Virus record (IMG/VR): IMGVR_UViG_2873337989_000001
DNA: 64,000 bases
Origin: an uncultured virus (IMG/VR IMGVR_UViG_2873337989_000001)
Taxonomy: Duplodnaviria; Heunggongvirae; Uroviricota; Caudoviricetes
Direction: 5' to 3' (one strand)
Position numbers and translations under genes: made by a program. The notes under the pieces were generated by a model. It was not told where the DNA came from and did not search any database. It saw nothing but the letters and a program-made list of their open reading frames with translations. Positions 45,991 through 56,158 of this stretch are shown here, one piece after another (within the stretch, counting starts at the first letter, position 1; every line of letters starts with the position of its first letter).

Positions 45991-48900
45991 GTGGACGAGC
46001 TGGGCGAAGGGATCGACGGCGGCCGGATCGATATCAAGGTCGTCGCTGATCTGTCAGAGGTCACTGAGGCGCGGCTGCAGCGCGAGGTGGACCGGCGGAC
46101 GCGTGCGGTCAAGGCGAAGCTGCAGGCCGAGATTGACGCGCGACGGGTCCAGGCGGAGGCGTCGGCGGCGGCGCGGGTCGCCGAGCGGGAGACGCAGGTA
46201 CGACTGCGGGCGACTGTTGATCGGGCCGGGCTGAGGCGCGATCTCGACGATGTCGGCCGCGGCGATGTGCGTGTCCGGGTCACGGCCGAGGTGGATCGTG
46301 GGCGGCTGCGCGACGACATGGACGCGGCGGCGCGGGACGCGGCCGCGACGGTGTCGGTGGGCGCCGACACCCGGCCCGCCGATGACGAGGTCGACCGGTT
46401 CCGTGGTGAGCAGCAGGACCAGCCGATCCGGCTTCCGTTCCAGATCGACATGCCGGACATGTCGCGGGTCGGCGACGTGCTGGCCAAGCTGGCGATCGCT
46501 CCCGCTGTCGCGGCCGGTGTGGGGTTCCTGGTGGGCACGGTCGGCCAGTTGACGGGTGGCCTGTTCGCTCTGGTCGCGGCCGCCGGGCAGGCAGGCGGGG
46601 CGCTGGCCGTACTCCCTGCTGCTGCCGGGGTGGCCGCGCAGGGCCTGGCTGGGCTGATGGTCGGGTTGACCGGTGTCGGCACAGCGTTGGGCGCGCTTTC
46701 GCAGGCCGACCAGGCAGCGGGCGCGTCAGCGGGGTCGGCGGCGGCGGCGCGTGAGGCGGCTGCGGCTCGGGTCGAGCAGGCGGCCGAGCGGATCAAGCAG
46801 GCTGAGCGTCGGGTGCGTGACACCCGCGAGGCGACCGTGGACGCCAACCGCGCGGTGCGAGACGCCGAGGAGCGGGTGCGGCAGGCGGTCGAGTCCGTTC
46901 AGGAGGCGCGGGAGAACTCCGGCAGGGTCGCCCAGGCGGTCTCGGACGCGGCCGCCAGGTCGTCGCAGCGGATCGCCGACGCCGAGCGCTCCTACGCCAC
47001 GGCGGTGAAGGCGTCGCAACGCGCTCAGGAAGGTCTGAACGAGGCCCGCCGGGCGGCAAAGGAGCGACTCGAAGACTTGGCCCTGGCGGTCAAGGGCGGG
47101 GCGCTGGATGAGGAGTCGGCGCAGATCGGCATCGAGCGGGCCAAGGAGCGCCTGCAGAAGGTGATGGCCGACCCGTTCGCGTCCGACCTGGACAAACGCG
47201 AAGCGGATCTTGCGTTCCGGCAGGCGTTGCAGCGACTGGACGAGGTCAAGGAACGCAACGGCGACCTGAAGGAGGAGAAGGCCGACGCCGACGCCCGCGG
47301 CGTCGAGGGGTCCAAGGAGGTGCAGGCCGCTCAGGAGCAGCTCGCGGCCGCCCAGGAGCGGATCTTGGACGCGGAGCGCGCCATCGGTGAGGCGCGTAAG
47401 GAAGCCGCCCGGCAGGCCGAGGACGGGGCTCGCCGGATCGAGGCGGCCGACGAGGCGATCATCGAAGCCAAGCGGCGGGTGCGGGACGCCGAGGAGGCGT
47501 TGGAGCGGTCGCGCCGGTCTCGCCGCAACGCGGGAGAGGCGGCGCAGGACGCGCGCGCCGAGCTGGAGAAGGCGAAGAAGGAGCAGGCGGCCGCCAAGAA
47601 GGCCGCCGCTCAGCCCGTCTCCGGCGGGGGCGGCGGCGGCCGGGATCCGGTCGCTGAGGCGTTGGCCAAGCTGACGCCCTCGATGCGGGCGTTCGTGCTG
47701 TACCTGCACACCCAGGTGCGTCCGGCTCTCACCAGAATCCGGGAGGACACTCAGGAGGCGCTCGCGCCCGGCCTGCAGGCGGGCGTGCGGGCCGCGATGC
47801 CGGTGCTGGCCACGCTGCGCGGCAACCTCGCCATCACCGGCTCCACGCTCGGCGACATCGCCGAGGAGTTCGGCGAGTTCTTCGGCGGCAAGGCTTTCAA
47901 CGCGGACCTGACGCAGATCATGGGCCGCAACAACCAGGCGCTCGGCCTGTTCGGCAAGGCCGGGGTGAGCGCTTTCAAGGGCCTCACCGACGTGTTCGTG
48001 GTGCTGTCGCCGTTCGTCGTCAAGTTCGCTGACCTCGTCGCGGACGGCGCCGACCGGTTCGCCGACCTGATGGGGGCCAACCGCGAGAGCGGCGCCATGG
48101 AGGACTTCTTCGAACGCGCGTGGGAGTCGGCGTCGAAGCTGTGGCGGATCGTCAAGAACGTCGCCTCCGGCTTGCTGTCGCTCGGCAAGGCGGCAGCCCC
48201 GTCCGGCGGCACCCTGCTGGAGGACCTGGCCCAAGGCGCGGAACAGTTCGCGAAGTGGGCGGCCGACCCGGCGACGCAGGAGAAGGCGCGCGCCTTCTTC
48301 GACGGGCTCATCCCGGTGATGCGGGAGCTGGGCGGGCTGCTGAAGGATCTGGGCGGGCTGGCCAAGACGTTCACCCTCGGCCTCGACCCCGGCACGCTGG
48401 AGGCGGTGCTCGGCGTCCTGCGCTGGATCGTCCAGGCGCTCGAGGGGCTGGCCGGCACGGAGGTCGGTGCGGCCCTGCTCACCATCGTCGGGCCGCTCGC
48501 CGCGCTGCTCCTGATCGTCGCCAAGTTCGCTGGGCTCGGCAACGCCATCAAGCTGCTCGGCCTGGCGGCGAAGGGCATCGGGCTGCTGGCCAAGGCGCCG
48601 CTCGGCGCCATCAAGGCCGGGATGGGCGCGGCCGACTTCGTCGGCGGGCTCGGCGGGCAGGGCAGAACCGGGAAGGACGGCGAGAAGACCGGGGCGTCTA
48701 AGGCGGGGGCGGCTGTCGCCGGCACTGCGGCCGCGCTCGCCGAAGGGTTCGGTTCCAAGCTCAAGGGCGTCCTGTCCAAGATCAACCTGTCCGGGGCGTT
48801 CCAGAAGATCAACCCGGCCAGCCTGATCGGCACGGTCACGTCGAAGATCAACCCGACGTCGTGGTTCTCGAAGATCAACCCGTCGAGCCTGGTCTCGCCC

Positions 48901-50694
48901 GGGAAGGGAGCGGCGGGCGCGGGCGCGAAGGTGGGCGGCGCGGTTGCCGCCGGTGCAGGCGCGGTCGCGGACTTCGCCAAGGACGGCGGCGCGAAGGTCG
49001 CCCAGTACGGCAAGGCCGCCGCGACGGCGGCCGCCGACGTCGGCAAGCTCGCGCTCGCCTACGGCTCGGTCGCCCTGCAGGCCGGTGCGGCGCAAACCAA
49101 GCAGCTGTTGGCGGCCACCGCGGCCGGTGTGGTGAAGGTGGCGACGGCGGCGTGGACGGGCGTGCAGTGGCTGCTCAACGCCGCCTTGAACGCGAACCCG
49201 ATCGGGATCATCGTGCTGGCGATCGCTGCGCTCGTGGCGGGCGCCATCTGGGCCTACAACAACATCGAGTGGTTCCGCAACGGGGTGGACGCGGCATGGA
49301 AGGCCATCTCGACGGCGGTGCAGTGGGCGTGGAACAGCGTCATCAAACCTGCCCTGACGGCGCTGTGGGGCTACATCAAGAACACCCTGTGGCCGGTCCT
49401 GCAGCAGTTCTGGACGGCGCTGATCAAGCCGACGTGGGAAAACATCTCCAAGGCGATCAAGGCGGCGTGGGACGGCGTCATCAAGCCCGCCCTGTCCGCT
49501 TTGTGGGGGTTCATCAAGAACACGCTCGGTCCGGCCATGGCGTGGCTGTGGAACAACGCGATCAAGCCCGCGTGGGACGGCATCAGCAAGGCCATCGACT
49601 TCGCCTGGAACAAGCTCATCAAGCCGGGCCTGTCGGCGTTTTGGACGTTCATCACCAAGACGCTGCCGGACGGCTTCAAGTCGGGTGTCGCATTCATCGG
49701 CAAGATCTGGGACGGGCTGAAGGAGATCGCGAAGGCGCCGATCAAGTTCGTGGTCGAGACGATCTACAACAACGGCATCCGCGCCGCTTGGAACTGGATC
49801 GCCAAGAAGGTCGGCTTGGGCGAACTACCCAAGGTGAGTCTCGGCTTCGCGCGGGGCGGTATCGTGCCCGGCGGCTCCTACGGCGTGCTGCCTGGGTACG
49901 CGCCCGGCCGCGACACCATGCTCGCCGCAGTCTCGCCTGGAGAGGCGTGGCTGAGGCCGGAGGCGGCGCGCTGGCTCGGCGCCGGTTGGATCGGCGCTGT
50001 CAACGACTCCGCCCGCCGGGGCAGGCTGCCGCGCTTCGAGAAGGGCGGCACCGTCAAGAAGGGCAGCGGCGGCGACTCGTGGACCGAATGGTTCAAGAAG
50101 GGTGCCGCCTACCTGGCCGAGAAGACGCTGCAGCCGCTGAAGGCGCTCGCCGTCTCCGGCGCGGGCACGAAGACCGGCTGGCAGCAGATGGTCGGCCGGA
50201 TCCCCGCCGGGCTGATCGACGGAGTCATCAGCTGGTTGCGCGCCAACGCCCCGGCCCCGAAGGCGCCCAGCAAGGGCGGCGGAAGCAAGCCCCGGACGGC
50301 GTACGCGATGGGCGGCATCGTCCCTGGCGGCTCCTACGGGGTGCTGCCTGGGTATGCGCCCGGCCGGGACACGATGCTCGCCGCGGTCTCCCCCGGTGAG
50401 GCGTGGCTGAGGCCGGAGGCTGCTCGCTGGCTCGGCTCGGGCTGGATCGGCGCCATCAACGACGCCGCTCGTCGGGGCCGGCTCGACCACTACGCCAACG
50501 GCGGCATCGTCGGCACCAGCTCGGCCGACCTGTACCGCGCCTCCCGGTCGGCGAGCCGGGCCCGGCCCGCCGATCAGCAGCAGGCCGGGAGCAGCAGCGG
50601 CAGCGCGACGGTGATCATCAACCCGCAGCCGGGCCAGGACGAGATCTCGATCGGCAACCAGGCCGCGCGCCGCCTAGGCGCTCTGATCAGGTAA
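45991..50694 (+). CDS. tape measure protein
   Basis: 1567 aa, coiled coil, LNAALNANPIGIIVLAIAALVAG, periodic Trp repeats, GGIVPG...PGYAPGRD motifs. Confidence 0.92.
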   Translation: MDELGEGIDGGRIDIKVVADLSEVTEARLQREVDRRTRAVKAKLQAEIDARRVQAEASAAARVAERETQVRLRATVDRAGLRRDLDDVGRGDVRVRVTAEVDRGRLRDDMDAAARDAAATVSVGADTRPADDEVDRFRGEQQDQPIRLPFQIDMPDMSRVGDVLAKLAIAPAVAAGVGFLVGTVGQLTGGLFALVAAAGQAGGALAVLPAAAGVAAQGLAGLMVGLTGVGTALGALSQADQAAGASAGSAAAAREAAAARVEQAAERIKQAERRVRDTREATVDANRAVRDAEERVRQAVESVQEARENSGRVAQAVSDAAARSSQRIADAERSYATAVKASQRAQEGLNEARRAAKERLEDLALAVKGGALDEESAQIGIERAKERLQKVMADPFASDLDKREADLAFRQALQRLDEVKERNGDLKEEKADADARGVEGSKEVQAAQEQLAAAQERILDAERAIGEARKEAARQAEDGARRIEAADEAIIEAKRRVRDAEEALERSRRSRRNAGEAAQDARAELEKAKKEQAAAKKAAAQPVSGGGGGGRDPVAEALAKLTPSMRAFVLYLHTQVRPALTRIREDTQEALAPGLQAGVRAAMPVLATLRGNLAITGSTLGDIAEEFGEFFGGKAFNADLTQIMGRNNQALGLFGKAGVSAFKGLTDVFVVLSPFVVKFADLVADGADRFADLMGANRESGAMEDFFERAWESASKLWRIVKNVASGLLSLGKAAAPSGGTLLEDLAQGAEQFAKWAADPATQEKARAFFDGLIPVMRELGGLLKDLGGLAKTFTLGLDPGTLEAVLGVLRWIVQALEGLAGTEVGAALLTIVGPLAALLLIVAKFAGLGNAIKLLGLAAKGIGLLAKAPLGAIKAGMGAADFVGGLGGQGRTGKDGEKTGASKAGAAVAGTAAALAEGFGSKLKGVLSKINLSGAFQKINPASLIGTVTSKINPTSWFSKINPSSLVSPGKGAAGAGAKVGGAVAAGAGAVADFAKDGGAKVAQYGKAAATAAADVGKLALAYGSVALQAGAAQTKQLLAATAAGVVKVATAAWTGVQWLLNAALNANPIGIIVLAIAALVAGAIWAYNNIEWFRNGVDAAWKAISTAVQWAWNSVIKPALTALWGYIKNTLWPVLQQFWTALIKPTWENISKAIKAAWDGVIKPALSALWGFIKNTLGPAMAWLWNNAIKPAWDGISKAIDFAWNKLIKPGLSAFWTFITKTLPDGFKSGVAFIGKIWDGLKEIAKAPIKFVVETIYNNGIRAAWNWIAKKVGLGELPKVSLGFARGGIVPGGSYGVLPGYAPGRDTMLAAVSPGEAWLRPEAARWLGAGWIGAVNDSARRGRLPRFEKGGTVKKGSGGDSWTEWFKKGAAYLAEKTLQPLKALAVSGAGTKTGWQQMVGRIPAGLIDGVISWLRANAPAPKAPSKGGGSKPRTAYAMGGIVPGGSYGVLPGYAPGRDTMLAAVSPGEAWLRPEAARWLGSGWIGAINDAARRGRLDHYANGGIVGTSSADLYRASRSASRARPADQQQAGSSSGSATVIINPQPGQDEISIGNQAARRLGALIR
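49855..50484 (+). repeat. internal ~170-bp duplication in the tape measure gene (49855-~50028 and 50311-~50484)
   Basis: Both copies encode GGIVPGGSYGVLPGYAPGRDTMLAAVSPGEAWLRPEAARWLG.GWIGA.ND.ARRGRL. Confidence 0.9.
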
Positions 50695-50705
50695 AGGGGA
50701 TCATC

Positions 50706-52967
50706 TTGGGAGTCATCAGCCAGGCCTACACCTTCGCGTCCTCGTCATCGACGACGACGAGTCTCACTTTCCCCGCAGCACAGGCCGGCCATCGCATCGT
50801 CGTGCTGGCCGCCGCGTTCAACACGCCCACGATGCTCACCTCCGGGTACGTCAAGCACGCGGCGGCGGACGGCTACGACCATGTCCACATCTATTCAAAG
50901 GTCGCGACCGGCGGCGAGACCCGCGTCGAGGTGTCTATGGGCACCGCCAGCGACGGCATGGTCCTTTTCTTGCAGGTCCGCGATGACTGCCGTGAGGTGC
51001 TGTTCGCGACCAGCGGCGATGCGTCCTCGGCGGCCACCACGATCAGCTGCACGCCGGTCAACGTGCCTGCCGGGATTGGGGTGGTGTTCGGCGTCTTCGA
51101 GCGGACCGGCAGGCTGTCTGTCACTCCCAATTGGTGGGAGCCGACCATGGCTGAGAACGACGTCAGCCAGGGCGGGTTCTCCACCCTGCAGAACGTCGCC
51201 CAGTTCTATGTGGGCGTGATGCCCTCGCCCGGCATGACGACGTTCCGCAGCAACCTGAACGGCGCGGGGTATGCGCAGGCGGCGTTCGTCGGGTTCGGCG
51301 TCACCGACGTGGTCGCCCCGACTCCGCCGCCGAACCTGCGCGCCACCACCGTGACCAACACCGCGGTGACGATCGGGTGGGATGCGGCCAGCGATGACAA
51401 GGGCGTCACTGGGTACGGCCTCTACGTCGACGGGGTGAAGAAGGGCGGCGACCAGAGCACGCTCACCTACACCTTCACCGGCCTGACCATGGGCAAGACG
51501 TACGCGCTCAGCGTCGACGCCCGCGACGCCGCCGGGAACCGGTCGCCCAAAAGCACGATCAGCGTCGTCGCGGTCACTGACACCACCCCGCCCACGACGC
51601 CCGCCAACCTGCGGGTGGCCGCCCTCGCCCACACCAGCGCCACCATCGCGTGGGACCCCTCCACCGACGACGTCGGCCTGACCGGGTACGGCATCTACCT
51701 CGACGGGGTGAAGAAGGGCGGCGACCAGCCCGACCTTGAACACACCTTCACCGGCCTGCCCCGCGGCAGCAGCCACACGGCCGGGGTGGACGCGGTCGAC
51801 GCCAGCGGCAACCGGTCCACGCTCGCGGCCGTCGACTTCGTCACGCTGGCCGACACGCTGCCCTCGGCGCCGCCCGGTCTGACCGCGACTCCAGGCGTCG
51901 ACCAGATCACCCTGGCGTGGCAGGCCGCCACCGACGATCTGGGGATCGCCCGCTACGAGGTCCTGCTCGACGGCGAGGTCACTGCCGCCACCGGCACGCT
52001 CGGATACGTCATCGAGGGCCTGGATCCGTCCACCGTCTACCAGGTCGGGGTGCGGGCCGTCGACGACGGCGGCGGCCGCGGACCGCTCGTCGAAGTGGAG
52101 GCGTTCACGCTGGCGGCCGACTGGGAGCCGCTCGCGACACCCGTCTACCGGCTGGAGGGGTGGACCGGTAACGCCCGGGACCGCTTCGGCGTGGACTGGG
52201 TTGTTCAGCGAGAGGAAGGCTGGTCGTCCTCGGCGCAGGTGCTTGCGCTGGACGCCGAGTCGGACTCGAGCGACGGCGGTTTCTCCGGCCCCGGCACCTA
52301 CGGCGGCCGCCTGATCACGCTGGAGGGGACGGCGGTCGCCTCCTCGCGGCGGGAGATGCTCGCGGCGCAGGAGCGGATGACGGCCGTGCTGTACCCCCAC
52401 CAGTTGGGGACGCTGCGGGTCCAGGAGGACAGGTCGACGCGGCAGGCTCGGGTACGGCTGGACGGCGCGGTGGAGATCTCCGACCGTGGCCAACTCGCCT
52501 TCGGGTGGGTGGTGACGTTGAAGGCGCCCGATCCGCGCCGTACCGCTGTGCGGCCGATCTACGACGAGGTGGCCGTGCCGGTGCTGCCGGGGTCGGCGTC
52601 GAGTGAGATCATCCTGGCGGGCGACTACCCGTGGATTCCGGCGCGGATCCGCATCTGGGGGCCCATCAAGGACTTCACGATCACGCACGAGCAGACCGGG
52701 CTGACCATCAAGTCGAAGCCGGGCACGAGCCTGCCCGCGGACTCCCGATACAGCCTCGACATCGATCTGGCGACGCGGCAGGTGTGGGCGTTCGTGCCGC
52801 CGGACGTGTGGCCGGAACCTCGGCCGGGCCGCGGCATGCTCGGCTCATTCCCTGCCCGGTTCGCGCTTCAGACAGGGGCGAACACGATCACGCTGGCCGG
52901 TCAGCCGGTCGCGGGCCAGACGGGCAGCCCGCGCATGGTGATCCAGGCGTGGGACGCCTGGAAGTAG
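50706..52967 (+). CDS. FN3-repeat protein fused to a distal-tail (Dit-like) domain, copy A
   Basis: Three FN3 units (W.A..DD.GV.GY); C-terminal GVDWVV...EGW...RLITLEG...APDPRR; follows the tape measure gene. Confidence 0.78.
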   Translation: MGVISQAYTFASSSSTTTSLTFPAAQAGHRIVVLAAAFNTPTMLTSGYVKHAAADGYDHVHIYSKVATGGETRVEVSMGTASDGMVLFLQVRDDCREVLFATSGDASSAATTISCTPVNVPAGIGVVFGVFERTGRLSVTPNWWEPTMAENDVSQGGFSTLQNVAQFYVGVMPSPGMTTFRSNLNGAGYAQAAFVGFGVTDVVAPTPPPNLRATTVTNTAVTIGWDAASDDKGVTGYGLYVDGVKKGGDQSTLTYTFTGLTMGKTYALSVDARDAAGNRSPKSTISVVAVTDTTPPTTPANLRVAALAHTSATIAWDPSTDDVGLTGYGIYLDGVKKGGDQPDLEHTFTGLPRGSSHTAGVDAVDASGNRSTLAAVDFVTLADTLPSAPPGLTATPGVDQITLAWQAATDDLGIARYEVLLDGEVTAATGTLGYVIEGLDPSTVYQVGVRAVDDGGGRGPLVEVEAFTLAADWEPLATPVYRLEGWTGNARDRFGVDWVVQREEGWSSSAQVLALDAESDSSDGGFSGPGTYGGRLITLEGTAVASSRREMLAAQERMTAVLYPHQLGTLRVQEDRSTRQARVRLDGAVEISDRGQLAFGWVVTLKAPDPRRTAVRPIYDEVAVPVLPGSASSEIILAGDYPWIPARIRIWGPIKDFTITHEQTGLTIKSKPGTSLPADSRYSLDIDLATRQVWAFVPPDVWPEPRPGRGMLGSFPARFALQTGANTITLAGQPVAGQTGSPRMVIQAWDAWK

Positions 52968-53046
52968 CCGCCACAGTTCTGCGACGCAAACCAGGCGGGT
53001 CGGCATACTCCGGCCCGTCACACCCAGCCGCTTCACAGGGGGATTC

Positions 53047-53528
53047 ATGGGCAAGTACACCGCTGTCGCCGACGATGTCGCATCCGGCACCGCGCTGAAG
53101 ACCATCCTGCAGATCGCCAACCCGGCCGCCAACCCGGCCTCGCACCGGATCGCCGTCTACGGCTACCGGATCTCCTACCGGGCACCAACAGCGCCGCCCA
53201 GCCGGTCCGCACGCTGATCGCCCGGCAGACCGCGGCGGGCGGCGGCGGCGCCAGCGTGCCCGTCGCGGTCCCCGTCGCCAAGCTGGACCCGACGAACCCG
53301 GACTCGACCATCACCGCAGTCAAGGGCCCTGCCGCGGCATGGACCACGGAGCCGACGCTGGGCGAGGTGCTGTCCGCGCAGCGGCTGCACCCGCAGACGG
53401 GGATGGGGGAGTTCATCCCGCTCGGGGACGAGCTGATCGTCGCGCCCGGCGGGTGGCTGGCCGTCGTGGTGGTCGCGGCCGCCACCGTGGACGTGACCGC
53501 GCAGCTGTACTGGCGTGAGGGCCACTGA
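53047..53528 (+). pseudogene. virion-associated gene split by a 1-bp frameshift near 53180 (or sequencing error)
   Basis: MGKYTAV...RISYR continues as GTNSAAQPVRTL...YWREGH in the -1 frame; class-II motif at 52981-53009. Confidence 0.6.
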
Positions 53529-53995
53529 TGGCTGAGCTGATCGAGAACTTCGACGACACCACGTATGTGGTGCCCATCACCGGCACCTGGGAGTGGACGT
53601 CCACGTCGCCCAGAGCGGGAGCCGGGTGTTTCCGCAGCGGCACCATCGGCCACAGCGCGTCGACGGACGCGACCGTGACCGCGCCGACCGGGGCGTCGAA
53701 GGTGAAGTTCTGGTACCGGGTGTCGTCGGAAGCCAGCTACGACTTCTTCCGCTTCCTCATCAACGGGGTCGAGAAGACCGAGGTGGCGGCCGCTGGTGCC
53801 GTGAGCTGGACAGAGTCGCCCGAGTTCCCGGTCGCGCCGGGCGACACGCTGACCTTCCGCTACTCCAAGGACAGCTCGAACGCGACGGGCGAGGATGCGG
53901 CGTTCATCGACGATTTGACGTTCACCGTGGATGGCCGGCCGATGCTGCCCAGATTCACCTACGCGGCAGCGGTTGCTCGCGCGTCGCGCTGGTGA
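53528..53995 (+). CDS. beta-sandwich (lectin-like) virion protein
   Basis: SGTIGHS...FWYRVSSEASYDFF...TFRYSKDSS...GEDAAFIDDL. Confidence 0.7.
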   Translation: MAELIENFDDTTYVVPITGTWEWTSTSPRAGAGCFRSGTIGHSASTDATVTAPTGASKVKFWYRVSSEASYDFFRFLINGVEKTEVAAAGAVSWTESPEFPVAPGDTLTFRYSKDSSNATGEDAAFIDDLTFTVDGRPMLPRFTYAAAVARASRW

Positions 53996-54059
53996 GCCGC
54001 AACCCCCTCACCCCCCTTCCCGTTCGTACAGCCTGCCCCGAATGGTGAGGTGACCTGTC

Positions 54060-56066
54060 ATGGCTCGCTACGGCCGCGCTTACCCGGCGCCGTCCAGGAG
54101 GATCGCGGCGCCGCTGTCGACGCTGCCGCCGCCGCCGGTGGATGTCCGGGTGACTGCGCTCGCGCCGAACGAGGTGTCGATCGCCTGGGATCCGCCCGAG
54201 GCCGGGGCGCTCGGGTTCGGTATCTATCTGGATGGCGTCAAGCAGGGCGACGACCAGACGGCCACCGTCGCCACCCTGGCCGGGCTGGTGGAGGGCCGCA
54301 CCTACCTGATCGAGGTGGACTCGCTCACCGACGACGGCCGCTCCGACCGCGTGCCGCTCGTGGTCACGACGCCGGACGTGACCGCGCCCACCGTCCCGGT
54401 CGGGCTGCGGTTCGTCACCGCGACCAGGACCAGCTTGACCGTGGCATGGGAGCCGTCCACCGACAACGTGTCCGTCGTCGGCTACAGCCTCTATCTCGAC
54501 GGCCAGCGCGTCGACAACGTCTCGGCCGACACCTTGGTCTATACCTACTATCAGCTGGCTGCAGGGACCAGCTACCTGGTGACCGTCGACGCGCTCGACC
54601 TGTCCGGGAACCGGTCGGCCGGCGCCATGTTGGACGTACAGACCGAGCGGGATCATCCTCCCTCGGCGCCGCCGAACCTGCGCGCCACCACCATCACCTA
54701 CACCTCGATCGCGGTCTCGTGGGACGAGGCCGCCGACGAGGACCCCGTCACCGGCTACGACGTCGCCATCGACGGCGAGCTGGTGGCCACCAACCAGCCG
54801 CAGCGCACCGCGGCCTTCTCCGGCCTGGTGGAGAACACCGAGCACACGGTGCGCGTGTGGGCCGTCGACGCGGTCGGACAGCGCACCTCGCGCCCGGCCG
54901 AACTGGTGGTGCGCACCCTCGATGACACCCCGCCCACCGCGCCCGTCTTCGCTGTGACGGTCGGCGAGGAAGCCATCACCGTCGCTTGGGAGGCGTCCTC
55001 CGACGATTTCGGAGTGTCCGGGTATCGGATCGACGTCGACGGGGAGCCGGCGTGGTCGACGCCGGGCGTCGACTACACGGTGGACGGGCCGGTGACGCGC
55101 CGCCACACGGTCACCAGCCTGGCCCCTGGGGCGAACTACCGGGTGCGGGTGGTGGCGTTGGACGCGCTCGGCCAGGAGTCGGCCGACAACACCGTGGTGG
55201 TGCCCATGCCGCCACTGCCGTTCCTGCCGATCTCCTCGCCGGTCTACCGGCTCGGCCCGTGGGCCGGCAACGCGCGCGACGAGTTCGGCGTCGACTGGGT
55301 GGTGGAGGACGCGTCCGGGTGGGCGTCGACTCCGCCGGTGCGGCCCGCCTCGACGGTGCTCGGCGGCGTCGATGGGGCGTGGTCGGGGGCGGGCCAGTAC
55401 GGCAGCCGCGTGATCACGCTGGAAGGCGTGGCGGTCGCCCCGTCGCAGGCGGCGATGCTGGCCGCCAAGCAGCGGCTGGTCGGCGTGCTGCATCCGCGTG
55501 ATGTGGGGGTGCTGCGGGTCGAGGATGCGTTGCGCACCCGCCGGGCGCGGGTGCGGCTGGTCGGCGATGTGGAGGCGGTCGACCGGGGGCCACTGGCGTT
55601 CTCGTGGTCGATCACGTTGCAGGCGTCCGACCCGCGCAGATACGCCGTCCATCCCGTGTCCGCATCCGCAGTGGTCGGCTCGCTGCCGGGGCAGGCGTCG
55701 CTGGCTCTGTCCCTGTCGGGCACTTACCCGCAGATCCCGGCCCGGCTGCGCCTGTACGGGCCGATCAAGGACTGGACGATCACGCACGAGGAGTCGGGAA
55801 CGGTGATGCGCGCGATGACCGGCGCCAGCCTTCCCCCCGATCCTCGCTACAGCCTCAGCTTCGACCTGGCCACCCGGCAGGTGCTCGCCCACGTGCCGCC
55901 CGACGTGTGGCCGGTGCCGCGGCCTGGCCGCTCAGCGGTGGCGCATCTGCCCGCCTGGTTCATGCTGCTGCCCGGCCTCAACACCCTCACCCTGTCCGGC
56001 CAGCCCCTGGCGGGCGCGTCAGGTCAGCCGCGGCTGGTGGTGGAGGCGTACGACGCCTGGGTGTAA
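54060..56066 (+). CDS. FN3-repeat protein fused to a Dit-like domain, copy B
   Basis: Four FN3 units; C-terminal domain paralogous to 50706..52967. Confidence 0.78.
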   Translation: MARYGRAYPAPSRRIAAPLSTLPPPPVDVRVTALAPNEVSIAWDPPEAGALGFGIYLDGVKQGDDQTATVATLAGLVEGRTYLIEVDSLTDDGRSDRVPLVVTTPDVTAPTVPVGLRFVTATRTSLTVAWEPSTDNVSVVGYSLYLDGQRVDNVSADTLVYTYYQLAAGTSYLVTVDALDLSGNRSAGAMLDVQTERDHPPSAPPNLRATTITYTSIAVSWDEAADEDPVTGYDVAIDGELVATNQPQRTAAFSGLVENTEHTVRVWAVDAVGQRTSRPAELVVRTLDDTPPTAPVFAVTVGEEAITVAWEASSDDFGVSGYRIDVDGEPAWSTPGVDYTVDGPVTRRHTVTSLAPGANYRVRVVALDALGQESADNTVVVPMPPLPFLPISSPVYRLGPWAGNARDEFGVDWVVEDASGWASTPPVRPASTVLGGVDGAWSGAGQYGSRVITLEGVAVAPSQAAMLAAKQRLVGVLHPRDVGVLRVEDALRTRRARVRLVGDVEAVDRGPLAFSWSITLQASDPRRYAVHPVSASAVVGSLPGQASLALSLSGTYPQIPARLRLYGPIKDWTITHEESGTVMRAMTGASLPPDPRYSLSFDLATRQVLAHVPPDVWPVPRPGRSAVAHLPAWFMLLPGLNTLTLSGQPLAGASGQPRLVVEAYDAWV

Positions 56067-56158
56067 CCGCTCCCCTGGCCTGGACGAAGCGACCTAAGCC
56101 CCGCATCTCGGCATCCTCCCCTCCGGCACATCGCTCGAGGGATATCCGGGGGGATCCT

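Noticed and set aside
46726..49095. 789-aa minus-strand ORF and similar long antisense ORFs (e.g. 56501..58690, 53955..55892, 16551..17612)
   Set aside because: These are shadow frames of high-GC genes; the opposite strand has recognisable motifs and GC3 bias.
49855..50484. DGR template/variable repeat pair
   Set aside because: The differences are mostly synonymous and not adenine-specific; no reverse transcriptase in the window.
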